A stretch of 64,000 bases of DNA from Candidatus Woesearchaeota archaeon B3_Woes (lineage in GTDB: Archaea; Nanobdellota; Nanobdellia; Woesearchaeales; B3-WOES). The notes under the pieces were generated by a model that saw only the letters and a program-made list of their open reading frames with translations, was not told the DNA's origin and did not search any database. The stretch covers positions 82,323 to 146,322 of the forward strand of contig NJBG01000001.1 of assembly GCA_005222965.1 (NCBI GenBank), written 5' to 3'. The position numbers were made by a program, and so were the translations under genes. Position 1 is the stretch's first letter, and every line of letters begins with the position of its first letter. This document shows positions 19,677 to 29,337 of the stretch, in pieces.

Positions 19677-20759
19677 AATCTTTTTCTTTTTTAATGATTC
19701 GTATGCAAGAATATATAATCCTGCATCCCATGCCTGAAGATTTCCAAAAGATTCTTTTGTTAATGGATTTATCCATTCGGGAAAGTTTCCTTTTAGATTT
19801 GCTTCTGCTAATTTCTTAAGTTCTTCTTCAGCTTTCTTAAATTTCTTAAGCTTGATCAAACTTAAAACATAAAATCCGCCAATATAAGTCCATATTCCCC
19901 CATTCAGATAGTGATGAGGTTCTTTAGCATCACAATCTTCAAAATAATCATGCCACTCTTTTGTTCCTCTTCTTATTGGAGGATAGATTGCCTTAACAGG
20001 ATATGGTCTGTTTATTTTGTTTTTTTCTATGTAATTAATAATCTTTTTTGCCTGTTGCTCATCAGCCAGATCAAAAACAATTGCAAGAAGATTTCCTAAT
20101 GAATCAAACCAATCTCCTATCTCTTTGTATTTATTATGATTTTTCCATCTGTAAGGAACATAAAAATCTTTATCCCATAATTTTGTTTCTTCATATTTAT
20201 TAACCATAAATTTTAATTTTTTTGCGTCTTTTTGATTATTGGTTAAATTCAAAACTTTATAATACATGGCTTGTGTATTTATAGCAACTCCATACTTGTG
20301 TGGAAAAGCATCCTGCCAGTCTGTTGTAGGAAGCTGTTCTAAAACTCCATTTTCACCTATATCCTGAAAACTCAACCAAAACAAAGCTTTTTTTATTGTG
20401 TTTTGATATTTCTTAAATAATGAATTATCTTTGTATCTTTTCTTGTAAACATAATGTCCAATTATATACCACAAAGTTGAATCAATAGAAGCATAATCTA
20501 CATGTGGTTTTCTTTTGCTGTATTTATCTACAGCGTTTGGTATTTGCCCTTTAGGACTTTGATTCGTTGCCAAAACAACTAAGCTTTTCTTAAAAGTCTG
20601 TTTAAATTTAGGATCTAAACTAGCTCCTAAAAAACTTATCATGCTGTCTCTGGACCAAACAGCATTATAACCTTCTTTTCCGCCAGAAGCAAATAAACCA
20701 TGAGGTGTAGAACAAGCTTTTATTACCTCTTTTGCTTTTTTATGACATTCCCCTATCAT
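19668..20759 (-). CDS. Glycoside hydrolase, (alpha/alpha)6-barrel type (glycogen-debranching / GH63-like)
   Basis: WSRDS motif, Trp-rich sequence. Next to sugar-handling genes. Confidence 0.5.
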   Translation of the reverse strand: MIGECHKKAKEVIKACSTPHGLFASGGKEGYNAVWSRDSMISFLGASLDPKFKQTFKKSLVVLATNQSPKGQIPNAVDKYSKRKPHVDYASIDSTLWYIIGHYVYKKRYKDNSLFKKYQNTIKKALFWLSFQDIGENGVLEQLPTTDWQDAFPHKYGVAINTQAMYYKVLNLTNNQKDAKKLKFMVNKYEETKLWDKDFYVPYRWKNHNKYKEIGDWFDSLGNLLAIVFDLADEQQAKKIINYIEKNKINRPYPVKAIYPPIRRGTKEWHDYFEDCDAKEPHHYLNGGIWTYIGGFYVLSLIKLKKFKKAEEELKKLAEANLKGNFPEWINPLTKESFGNLQAWDAGLYILAYESLKKKKILI

Positions 20760-20840
20760 GAATATAATTAAGATTATCTATTATTTAAGAGTTTTGGAGT
20801 TTAATAGCTTTTAATAAGATTTGCTGTTTTAAGAATTAAG

Positions 20841-21671
20841 TTAATCCAATGGGCTTGTTATTGAGTTAAGCATATTAAAATCTGTTTTTATGTATCTTTG
20901 TGTTGTTGAAAGTCTTGCATGCCCTAATAATTTTTGAATATGAAAAGAATCAACACCTTTTTGATTAAGGTGTGTTGCAAAGCTGGATCTTAAAGCGTGG
21001 CAAAATACATTTCTCTTTATTCCGGCTTTTTTAGCTGCGTTTTTAACTATTTTTTCTGCTGTTCTTTTGGAAATGTGAGTTTCTGGATTAGAACTGCTGA
21101 TAAAAATAAAAGAATTTGTATCTTTTCTTTTTTGCAGAAATTCAATTAAATCCTTTATGAATTTTTCAGAAGCTATAACATATCTGTCTTTTTTGCCTTT
21201 ACCTTGTTTTACAATCAAAAATTTATCTTCAAAATAAATATTTTCAATTTTTAGTTTTACTGCCTCATTTACCCTTAATCCAGATGAATATAATAATTCA
21301 ATCAGTAATTTATGTTTAATATTTGTTGTTTTATCTATCATTGCTAAAATATCATTTTTAGTTAGTATAACTGGCTCTTTTATCTCTGGTTTTGCTCTTT
21401 TTAGCCCATTAATAAACCTCCTTTTCATAAAATCAACATAATATGATTTAAATGCGGATATTGCTAAATTTATTGTAGCTGGTTTTGCACCATATTGTTC
21501 AATCATATATAAAATATAATTTTTTACATCATTTTCAGTAATTGTTTTTGAGCCTTTTTTTGTAAATTCTAAAAGTTTTTTGTTAAAAAATAAATAAGAT
21601 TTAATTGTTTCTTTGCTGTAACATCTTATTTTTAATTCATTTTCAAAATTTTTAAGTTCTGTTGTTTTCAT
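20841..21671 (-). CDS. xerA: Tyrosine recombinase, XerA/XerCD-like
   Basis: C-terminal catalytic motifs HALRSSFATHL...GHARLSTTQRYIKTD (R..H..R..Y). Confidence 0.8.
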   Translation of the reverse strand: MKTTELKNFENELKIRCYSKETIKSYLFFNKKLLEFTKKGSKTITENDVKNYILYMIEQYGAKPATINLAISAFKSYYVDFMKRRFINGLKRAKPEIKEPVILTKNDILAMIDKTTNIKHKLLIELLYSSGLRVNEAVKLKIENIYFEDKFLIVKQGKGKKDRYVIASEKFIKDLIEFLQKRKDTNSFIFISSSNPETHISKRTAEKIVKNAAKKAGIKRNVFCHALRSSFATHLNQKGVDSFHIQKLLGHARLSTTQRYIKTDFNMLNSITSPLD

Positions 21672-21714
21672 AACTATGTTATGAATAGAAGTTATTTATA
21701 TACCTGACGCGAGC

Positions 21715-21832
21715 ATGGCAAATGGCAAGTGTATTTACCATAGAGCTTAAAACAGGCGAAGTAAAGCAATACAACCATTTACTATTTGCCAACACCTATT
21801 AATACTTCGTTTAATAGGTGTTAAGTTCAATT
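21715..21832. repeat. Copy B of the ~120-bp repeated element
   Basis: Aligns with 15867..15984: identical 5' 11-mer atggcaaatgR and identical 3' ctatttgccaacacct...ttaatacttcgtttaataggtgtta. Confidence 0.85.
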
Positions 21833-21915
21833 GTGTTTAAGTTCTAAAAAAGAAAAAAGGGGGAGTTTGTCCTTTGGACAGATTGGCAAAACCTTTGGTT
21901 TTGAATTGCGATAAT

Positions 21916-22722
21916 TTATTTTGCATATTCCTTTATGAATTGATCTTTGTTATAATGTTTCATTTCCGCTGTTGGCTTCTCATTGAACGCCCCTTCAAAA
22001 TCCTCGAAGTCCAATTGCTTACATTTAGTTTTAATCTCTTCATTATCAAAAACCAAATTATAGAGTGGTTCTAACAATATTGGATTTAATATCTTCAAAT
22101 GGTGCAATATTCGCATTATCTTAAATAAATCTCTTGTATCTAAGGGTGGTTCATTCTTTTTACCCTTATACTCTATTAGTTTTATATCTTCATCCTTGAA
22201 TGTCAACATATTATCGTGAAAGGATTTCAGTATTAATTTGTGTAGAACTTTTTGTTTGTCCTTTAACTCTAGTAATTTATTTGGATAAAAAAAGTAATCT
22301 ACTAGGCCTACTTTTTGCCCATATATATTCTCAATTACCCCTAGTATTTCCTTTAATGAATAAGTGAATCCCTCACAGCATTCCTCTAACTCTTCCTTTG
22401 AACAAACTTGCAAGATTATTCTTAATGTGCCCTTGCCCAAGGTTTCTTCATCAGACGCAAAATTATTAATCTGCAAATGTGGCACGCAGTGTCCTTTTCC
22501 CTCTTCGTGCTTCTCAATTGCAACCCTCGTTTCAATCCTGATTAATTTCTCATTCTTTTTATTCTTTGCATTTAGTGATATCTCAAACCATTCTGCAGTA
22601 TTACCAATCTTAATATTTAAGAAAATCTCGAAAAGCGCATTGTCGAATTTTGTATTGCCCGTTTGACATCCTATTACCCTTACCAGGTCGGGAAGTTCTA
22701 CCTGTCTAGATTTAGACGCCAT
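21916..22722 (-). CDS. Hypothetical protein (268 aa)
   Basis: ORF overlapping the upstream gene by 25 nt (operon). No motif recognised. Confidence 0.5.
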   Translation of the reverse strand: MASKSRQVELPDLVRVIGCQTGNTKFDNALFEIFLNIKIGNTAEWFEISLNAKNKKNEKLIRIETRVAIEKHEEGKGHCVPHLQINNFASDEETLGKGTLRIILQVCSKEELEECCEGFTYSLKEILGVIENIYGQKVGLVDYFFYPNKLLELKDKQKVLHKLILKSFHDNMLTFKDEDIKLIEYKGKKNEPPLDTRDLFKIMRILHHLKILNPILLEPLYNLVFDNEEIKTKCKQLDFEDFEGAFNEKPTAEMKHYNKDQFIKEYAK

Positions 22723-23576
22723 GTTTTCCTCTCTAAATCTGTTTGTATTTGGGATATTTCGCTATCAAATTGCGAAAGTTTGTTCCTTACATCTTCCTGA
22801 AATGTTTCTTGATTCCAATCCTTTCGATAGTATATATCTTTCCAGAAGTTTATGTCAAGTAAATTTTCATCTCTTGGTATTCGTCCGACTTTTCCACCTA
22901 CTAATCCATAAAGTATCTTAAAGTATATCAAATATTTGGTTTTAATGTAATCAAAGTCGCTGTCCAGCAGGGCTTCCTTTTCTCGTATCGTTTCGCGTAC
23001 ACTATTTGATATTTTTACATTACTCAAGGATTTTATTATCGAAATTGTTTGGGCTGACTTTATGCCCTCCTTCTCAGTTATTGTCTCTCCTTGGAGGATA
23101 TATTTTTCAATTTGTAAATTATAGGGTGTTCCATCGCAACCTCTTGTTCTGGAAAAATTATATGAGTATTCAATCTTTAAATCAGGATGGTAAATATATA
23201 TGCCTCTGGCTCTACTATATCTTTCTTCAGAATAGTTCACTGCATAATTGTCTTGGCGATCCATCATTTCTTTGATAAATTTCCTCTTTTCTTTTAACTC
23301 CTTATCTCGTTCGATTAGTCTTAAAACTAGGTCTTCATACGTTTCTCCTGAATTAAGCATTTTTTTTAACTTATTTTTTGTTGCGATTGTTAGTCTAATA
23401 GTTGTTCCAGCTTTATTTGATCCGTTAACTAACGTATTATATTCTCCGAGATTGTTCTGCCTTATTTTTTCGTGAATAAGCCGCTCCATATTCTCCTTGA
23501 GTAACTTCTCAAATTCCTTGTTAGATGCATATGGTTGCCTAATGGTTATATCGCTCATACAACGTATAAGTTGCAT
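22698..23576 (-). CDS. Hypothetical protein with ribbon-helix-helix-like N-terminal segment
   Basis: GTTIRLTIATKNKLKKMLNSGETYEDLVLRLIERD has an RHH/CopG-like pattern. About 200 aa beyond it are unknown. Confidence 0.5.
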   Translation of the reverse strand: MQLIRCMSDITIRQPYASNKEFEKLLKENMERLIHEKIRQNNLGEYNTLVNGSNKAGTTIRLTIATKNKLKKMLNSGETYEDLVLRLIERDKELKEKRKFIKEMMDRQDNYAVNYSEERYSRARGIYIYHPDLKIEYSYNFSRTRGCDGTPYNLQIEKYILQGETITEKEGIKSAQTISIIKSLSNVKISNSVRETIREKEALLDSDFDYIKTKYLIYFKILYGLVGGKVGRIPRDENLLDINFWKDIYYRKDWNQETFQEDVRNKLSQFDSEISQIQTDLERKTWRLNLDR

Positions 23577-24010
23577 ACATATATATAAATCTTTCGATTA
23601 TTACTAATGGCTAAGCAGAATGTATGCATTGTATACAATATATACTGGTTTTGTAAATAGCACTAGTGATGTGTCAGAAAATTTATAGAATTAGTACTAA
23701 ATTCATTTATTGAATCTCACTGATATTGAAAGTTAATTTAATTGGATGAAAATTATATGATTTTTCACTTGGGCGATTTGAAAGAAATTTGTTGGAATAT
23801 TTTCCATTGCTCACCATTTGGTAAGCTATTCTGATTAAACAAAAAAACTCCCCCCAGTGCTTCGCACATATAGACTCGCTTCGCTCGAATTGATTGGAAC
23901 TTAAACACAACTCTACGGACGCGGTTTGACCCCACGTTGTATGGAAAAAGAAACTAACAGGAATTTTCCTATGTTAAACTCAATAATTTTTTAATCTTAA
24001 TTAAGAAAAA

Positions 24011-24550
24011 CTATTTATTAGAAGGAGCACTTGGATGTTGCTCAACTGGTTTTTCTTTTACAACAGGTTTAGGAGCAGGAGTTGCTGGTTTTTCTTTCTG
24101 AATTGTCTTTATTTCTTCTTTTTCAATTTCTTTTTTCTCTTCAGAAGGTCCTTTTTCTTCAATAGGCTTTTCTTCTGGTTTTTCTTTCTTAGGCTTTTTC
24201 TCAAGCTTTGCTCTTGCTTTCTTAAGAACAGCAGGAACCCTTTCTTTAAGTTTAACACCTTCTAACTCAACTTTAACTAAACCATTTTTATCCTTAACAG
24301 CTCTAATCTTTATATGATGGGGTGGATTCTTAATTCCATGTTTCCATATCTCTAAATTTGCGTGTTTTCCTATTTTAACATCTTCACTCTTCATATTTTT
24401 TATAATAAATTGTTTCAGAGCATTAACAGCCTTTTTAGCTCTTTTATATTTAGGAACTTTAAGCCATTCTTTACGTAAAGGAACATTATAAACTCTTTCT
24501 AAGACTATTTCTGTTGATTCGTCTTTTTTCTTAGATTTTTTCTCAGCCAT
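24011..24550 (-). CDS. rpl31e: 50S ribosomal protein L31e with ~90-aa Lys/Glu/Pro-rich C-terminal extension
   Basis: ERVYNVPLRKEWLKVPKYKRAKKAVNALKQFI matches the L31e core. The tail is KPKKEKPEEKP... Confidence 0.8.
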   Translation of the reverse strand: MAEKKSKKKDESTEIVLERVYNVPLRKEWLKVPKYKRAKKAVNALKQFIIKNMKSEDVKIGKHANLEIWKHGIKNPPHHIKIRAVKDKNGLVKVELEGVKLKERVPAVLKKARAKLEKKPKKEKPEEKPIEEKGPSEEKKEIEKEEIKTIQKEKPATPAPKPVVKEKPVEQHPSAPSNK

Positions 24551-24551
24551 T

Positions 24552-24725
24552 TTATACCTTTAGCTTAGTTCTTCTCCAGTTTCTCTTTACAGCTGTATGT
24601 CTACCAGGATGAACTCTACGTCCCTTTCCATATATCTTTACAACTGTCCAAAAAGGCGCCCATCTGGTTTGTTTATGCCTTTTGGCTAGTCTTTGCTTCC
24701 GATTTGGATGTTTGTACCTTGCCAT
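24552..24725 (-). CDS. rpl39e: 50S ribosomal protein L39e (57 aa); not in the ORF track because it is under 60 aa
   Basis: Minus-strand translation is MARYKHPNRKQRLAKRHKQTRWAPFWTVVKIYGKGRRVHPGRHTAVKRNWRRTKLKV. It matches the L39e pattern (MAR.K...K.RLAK...QNR..P.W......RR...RR.WRRTKL). It sits immediately upstream of rpl31e, as in many archaea. Confidence 0.8.
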   Translation of the reverse strand: MARYKHPNRKQRLAKRHKQTRWAPFWTVVKIYGKGRRVHPGRHTAVKRNWRRTKLKV

Positions 24726-25251
24726 CTTCTTCTTTTTTTACAGGTTCTTTCTTTACTTCTTTTGGTTTTTCAACCTTTTTTGGTTGTTCAACTGGTTTTT
24801 CAATCTTTTTAGGTTGAACATTTGAACCTTTATAAATTTGAGTTGAGATTTTATCTAAAAATGATTTTCCTTCTGATGTTAGAATTCTTCCTTTATATTT
24901 TGATTTACTGTCTGTTTTAAGAAAGCCCGCTTTTTCAAGCTGTTGTAATGCTTTTCTTATTATATTTCCAGAACCAGGATAGAACCTTGAAGGTTTATGG
25001 CCTCTTCTTTTTTTACCACCATACTTAACTCTTAATTTTGAAACACCAATAGGACCATATTTATAGACTGTTCTTAAAACAGCTGCTGTTCTTGTATACC
25101 ACCAATCGTTTTTTATAGGAACTCTCTCTTTATGTCTTCCTGTTTTTGCATACATAGCCCAGTCAGGTGCTTTTATATTTTCATTTTTCTTTAATTCTTC
25201 TGAAACTTTTTCTATAAGTTCACTTGCATCAACATCATATATATTTGCCAT
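24673..25251 (-). CDS. rps19e: 30S ribosomal protein S19e with Lys-rich C-terminal extension
   Basis: MANIYDVDASELIEKVSEELKK...PDWAMYAKTGRHKERVPIKNDWWYTRTAAVLRTVY matches S19e. A GGAG motif precedes the ATG at 25251. The track ORF extends 24 codons upstream, which is likely not translated. The 3' tail overlaps the rpl39e start by 53 nt. Confidence 0.8.
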   Translation of the reverse strand: MANIYDVDASELIEKVSEELKKNENIKAPDWAMYAKTGRHKERVPIKNDWWYTRTAAVLRTVYKYGPIGVSKLRVKYGGKKRRGHKPSRFYPGSGNIIRKALQQLEKAGFLKTDSKSKYKGRILTSEGKSFLDKISTQIYKGSNVQPKKIEKPVEQPKKVEKPKEVKKEPVKKEEDGKVQTSKSEAKTSQKA

Positions 25252-25479
25252 TTTTTCTCCTAAACAGTCATGCCTTGCGGCATTAGATTTGCTATATAAT
25301 AGCCTAAAAACAAGAATTTTCAATGGTTTATAAATTTAATTGTTTCTATACAAAAAAAAGACTCTTTCATTATTTGCCAACACCTATTTAATACTTCATT
25401 TAATATGTGTTATAATCTAATTCAGAAAAAACTTTTAATTATAAGGGGTTTGGGGCTTATTGACTGATATTGGGTCCAT

Positions 25480-25677
25480 CTATTTTTCAGGTTCTGCCTC
25501 AGGAAATAATTCATAGAACTTTTTTAGAGTATTTTGATATTCAGATGCAATATGTTCTTCCTGAAAAGAACCAGCTATACTTTCAATGGGAGCAGTTGCT
25601 TTATGATCTTCAGCCTGTAAAAGAAGGTACTCTGCAAAATTTTTCAATCTTCCCACTAAATCAGGTTCATTTTCCAT
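25480..25677 (-). CDS. Hypothetical small protein (65 aa)
   Basis: ORF. A plus-strand ORF at 25470..25709 overlaps it; which strand is real is uncertain. Confidence 0.3.
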   Translation of the reverse strand: MENEPDLVGRLKNFAEYLLLQAEDHKATAPIESIAGSFQEEHIASEYQNTLKKFYELFPEAEPEK

Positions 25678-25784
25678 TTTATAGTATATTAAAACTAATT
25701 TATTTATAAATCTTACTATTTGTTACTACTATTTAGACATTACAATCGATAAATTTATAAATATAATCAGATTTTCTTATTTTT

Positions 25785-26171
25785 ATGAAACATATAAGAG
25801 ATATGATAAAAGGAGATTTAACAGTATTAATAAAAGGTGATGTAAAAGATGAAGAATCAGCTATTGCTGAAGCTTTTTCTAATCTTTTTTGGCCTACAAT
25901 AGGCAGAAACTCTAGATGGCCTAAATTTACAAAAACATTAAGATATTTTCAAAAAGATACAAATAGGGGTGGACCCGTTTCTGATGTACTAACACCAGAA
26001 GAAATTGCAGATATACTAGTTTTAGCAGGAGTTTACAAAAATCAAGGGGGAGCTATGCTTGATATGGAAAATATTCTTGATTTAAGATTAAGTGTAATGA
26101 GTGGAGCAGATTATATATGGGTAGAGAAAAAAGGTGGATACTATTTACGAACAAAATATAGTATGGATTAA
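25785..26171 (+). CDS. Hypothetical protein (128 aa)
   Basis: ORF, no motif. Confidence 0.45.
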   Translation: MKHIRDMIKGDLTVLIKGDVKDEESAIAEAFSNLFWPTIGRNSRWPKFTKTLRYFQKDTNRGGPVSDVLTPEEIADILVLAGVYKNQGGAMLDMENILDLRLSVMSGADYIWVEKKGGYYLRTKYSMD

Positions 26172-26212
26172 ACTTCTTTCTTAATTTTTAAAAATATATA
26201 AAAAAGAAAAAA

Positions 26213-26446
26213 TTAGACCTTTGGTTTTGGCAAAGGCCTACGAATAGTTATTGGCAATAAATCTTCTTCAAATTCTCTTTTAGCTATACTTATAGGATTA
26301 TACTTCATTTTCTTCAAATCTCCATCACTTAGTTTAACTAAAAAAGGAGCACCCATTGCTATTTGCAAAGCCCTTGAACCAATCATACGTGCTTTCTCAT
26401 ATTTTGTATGATCTGTAATTTCTTTTGTTTTAACATCTACGACCAT
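26213..26446 (-). CDS. rpoK: DNA-directed RNA polymerase subunit K (Rpo6/Rpb6 homolog)
   Basis: [23 protein letters not shown] is the Rpb6/omega-family core. Confidence 0.8.
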   Translation of the reverse strand: MVVDVKTKEITDHTKYEKARMIGSRALQIAMGAPFLVKLSDGDLKKMKYNPISIAKREFEEDLLPITIRRPLPKPKV

Positions 26447-26456
26447 TTTAAGTACC

Positions 26457-27242
26457 TCACTTAATATGCTTCCTCATTTCATCGCATTTTTTAGAAGCTA
26501 ATTCTACCATTTTGTCAATATCATTTATACTCAAAGGCTCAACTTCTCCTTTTTGCATAGCGCATATCTTGCCTTCTTTTGTTGTAGCAACTGTCAAACG
26601 AGCATCTACAACCTTTTCTTCTTCTGTTGTAGGATCAATTAGATATGTATCTCCTATTTTACAAACAGTAACAGAAACAGGATCTTTTTTGCTTAAAGGC
26701 AAAGATTCCTTTGTTAACTCTTTGTAATTAACCTTATCATCCTCTATCTTTGGAAATTTGGCATTCTTAAGAGCAACCATTGCTGCTAAAGCAGAAGCAT
26801 CAAACAAATTTCCATCAACATTAATAGTTATGATATCAATAGCAACTATCCATATTTTCTCGCCTTTTTCAATACATAACTTCTTAAAATCAAGTACTTT
26901 GCTTTCCCTAATACCCCTATCAACAACTCTTGCCAATTCAACTGCTCCTATTGAAGGCGGTCCTGATTCAAATTCAGGATTTGACATTGGCAATAGTTCT
27001 GCACCAACCATAATTGTTCCTTCATCAGGAGAATCTGGATAGGGTTTTCCTAATTCTAATTTAACCCCAACTATAACCTCTGTATCACCAATCTTTACTC
27101 TTGCAGAACCCTCTGCACTTTTGCTTATGTTGGTTTCTACACTTATGTCTCTGTATTCGTCAAATTTACGTCCATCAAATCTGATATTTTTCTTAAAAAA
27201 GCCATCCATATGTAATTTTAGATCTTCAATCATTTTATTCAC
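26457..27242 (-). CDS. rrp42: Exosome complex component Rrp42 (inactive RNase PH-like)
   Basis: RNase PH-fold sequence in the conserved position downstream of rrp41. Confidence 0.75.
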   Translation of the reverse strand: MNKMIEDLKLHMDGFFKKNIRFDGRKFDEYRDISVETNISKSAEGSARVKIGDTEVIVGVKLELGKPYPDSPDEGTIMVGAELLPMSNPEFESGPPSIGAVELARVVDRGIRESKVLDFKKLCIEKGEKIWIVAIDIITINVDGNLFDASALAAMVALKNAKFPKIEDDKVNYKELTKESLPLSKKDPVSVTVCKIGDTYLIDPTTEEEKVVDARLTVATTKEGKICAMQKGEVEPLSINDIDKMVELASKKCDEMRKHIK

Positions 27243-27924
27243 CTTTATACCTGTCTTTCAGGATTTTTTTTTGAACTTCATTAATCTTTTTACAGGCCCC
27301 TATACCCATTTCAACAGCCTTCTTGAGTTCTTCTTTTTTAATCTCTCCATCTAACTGCATTAGTGATACTTTTCCACTGTTAGGTAAAACAGCAATAGGA
27401 ACATCAACAGTTCCTTCAATGTCTTCTTCTTCCTTGCTTAAATCAACAACTGGTTTTCCATTAACCAGACCAACAGCAATTGATGATACCATTTCTTTCA
27501 TAGGAATTCCAGCATCTGCTAGGGCCATTGAAGCTGCACATATTCCAGCACATCTTGTTCCAGCATCTGTCTGTGGAAATTCAATATAAAGATCTACAAC
27601 AGCATTTGGAAACTCATTCAAACCAATAATTGGTGTTAATGCATTCTTAGTAACTAATGCTATCTCTTTTGAACGTCTGCTTCCGCCAGGTCTTATTCTA
27701 TCTCCACTTCCTGAAAAAGGCATCATATTATAATTACATCTTAAAATACCTTTCTCTGGATTTTGTAAAAATCTAGGATGTAATGATCTAGGACCATAAA
27801 CAGCAGCATAAGCCACAGTATTTCCTATCTTGAACATTGCAGAACCATCAGCTCTCTTAATAACCCCTACTTTAGCCTCTATTGGTCTTGTCTCGTCAAC
27901 TTTTCTTTTATCTGGTCTGCTCAT
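27235..27924 (-). CDS. rrp41: Exosome complex exonuclease Rrp41 (RNase PH-like)
   Basis: MSRPDKRKVDETRPIEAKVGVIKRADGSA...; 8-nt overlap with rrp42. Confidence 0.8.
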   Translation of the reverse strand: MSRPDKRKVDETRPIEAKVGVIKRADGSAMFKIGNTVAYAAVYGPRSLHPRFLQNPEKGILRCNYNMMPFSGSGDRIRPGGSRRSKEIALVTKNALTPIIGLNEFPNAVVDLYIEFPQTDAGTRCAGICAASMALADAGIPMKEMVSSIAVGLVNGKPVVDLSKEEEDIEGTVDVPIAVLPNSGKVSLMQLDGEIKKEELKKAVEMGIGACKKINEVQKKILKDRYKGE

Positions 27925-28616
27925 TTTTTCACCTTTGCTTCTTTTTCTAAGAATGCTTTAATATTATCTGTCAAACCTGCTTTATGAGATTCTTTCTCTA
28001 TCATTCTAATTGCTTTTATAGTTAGAATCTCTTTTTCAGGTTCTCCTTGTAACCACAATAAACCATTTTGACCAACAGTTATTCTGCATCCAGTAGCATC
28101 TTTTATCATACTGACCATACTTCCCTGCTTGCCGATAATTCTTGGTACTTTGTTTGAATTAACATTGATTACTCTTCCACCCTTAAGCTTATGCAATCCA
28201 GGGCCCTTTGCAGTTACATCAATTAATTTTTGTGAAGTAACATTTGTTATGTTACAAACAACATATTCCCCAAAATCAAAATATTTTCTTAAGTTAGCTC
28301 CCTTAGGAATAAAATCAGATGTTCCTTCTTTCATGCTAAGCATAGCATGATAGGCTGTGTTTGTATCTAAGAGCCATCCGCTCATTATAACATCTGTAAT
28401 TTTGGCAATTATTGTGTCTCCTCTCTTAGGAATATATTTTCCTGTTAAAGGAATAATCTTTATTGCCCTATTATCTATTGACAATAATCCAATTCTTGAA
28501 GAGAATATCTTTTCTCCTTCTCTGTAGGTTCCCTGCCCAGGTAAAGTATCCATTCCTTCTGCTAGGCATTCACCAGGAACTACAACTTCTTTTTCTTTTA
28601 ATAGTATTTTTCCCAT
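27921..28616 (-). CDS. rrp4: Exosome RNA-binding component Rrp4 (S1 + KH)
   Basis: S1-like N-terminal half and KH-like C-terminal half (IIGKQGSMVSMIK). 4-nt overlap with rrp41. Confidence 0.75.
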   Translation of the reverse strand: MGKILLKEKEVVVPGECLAEGMDTLPGQGTYREGEKIFSSRIGLLSIDNRAIKIIPLTGKYIPKRGDTIIAKITDVIMSGWLLDTNTAYHAMLSMKEGTSDFIPKGANLRKYFDFGEYVVCNITNVTSQKLIDVTAKGPGLHKLKGGRVINVNSNKVPRIIGKQGSMVSMIKDATGCRITVGQNGLLWLQGEPEKEILTIKAIRMIEKESHKAGLTDNIKAFLEKEAKVKK

Positions 28617-28627
28617 TATTTTTCACC

Positions 28628-29329
28628 TTATTTAGTACTTAGTACTTTGCTTTCTACATTACCATGACATATTGCATTTAACTTTTCATAAAAGTCTTCT
28701 TCTAATCCGCCAGGCATTTCTATGACAACTGCTAAACTTCCATCACTTAACCAGTCTTCTCTTGTCTTTTTTCCAAAACTGTTTATAACGCTGTATGATT
28801 TTGAAGCATATTCAGCTGGAATCTTAACAGTTATTTCTTTTATCTCAAATTTAATTGGAAGTATAGGTCTTAACTTGGTTACTATCTCTTCCATTTGTTT
28901 TTGAGTACTCTCGAACTCGTCAATATGAACCTTAACTTGTTCCATTGCCAATTCAATTCTTTGTGGTGGATGTGGATTGTGTGTTTTAGGATCCACAGCA
29001 TTTCTATGAATTAAATCGATTATTTGTTTTTTCTTTGTTTCTCTTAACTTCTGTTTGTATTCTGCAGTTAGAGCAAAATCTCCTTTTCTTATGATTTCTT
29101 CTGCAACCTTTTCAACGTCTTCTGTTTCAAAGCACTGTTTTAATGCTGTTGGACTCGCTTCCATGCCTTTTTTAGAGTCTGTAAAGATTTTTTCAACAGC
29201 CAAAACCTCTTTTACATCAGTTATACTTCCTGATTTAAAAGCAACCGCTTTGTCAGAATCTATTAGAATTTCAAAATTCTGTCCGTGAGTTTTTAATTTT
29301 GCAGTATTTGCTTCGTCTACATTAACCAT
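28628..29329 (-). CDS. SBDS (Shwachman-Bodian-Diamond / Sdo1) family ribosome-maturation protein
   Basis: N-terminal FYSH-domain pattern KLKTHGQNFEILIDSDKAVAFKSG. Conserved position in the exosome superoperon. Confidence 0.75.
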   Translation of the reverse strand: MVNVDEANTAKLKTHGQNFEILIDSDKAVAFKSGSITDVKEVLAVEKIFTDSKKGMEASPTALKQCFETEDVEKVAEEIIRKGDFALTAEYKQKLRETKKKQIIDLIHRNAVDPKTHNPHPPQRIELAMEQVKVHIDEFESTQKQMEEIVTKLRPILPIKFEIKEITVKIPAEYASKSYSVINSFGKKTREDWLSDGSLAVVIEMPGGLEEDFYEKLNAICHGNVESKVLSTK

Positions 29330-29337
29330 TGTGGAAG

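Noticed and set aside
23707-23910. 67-aa ORF in the GC-rich spacer
   Set aside because: Poor coding character. The region is better explained as a candidate non-coding RNA.
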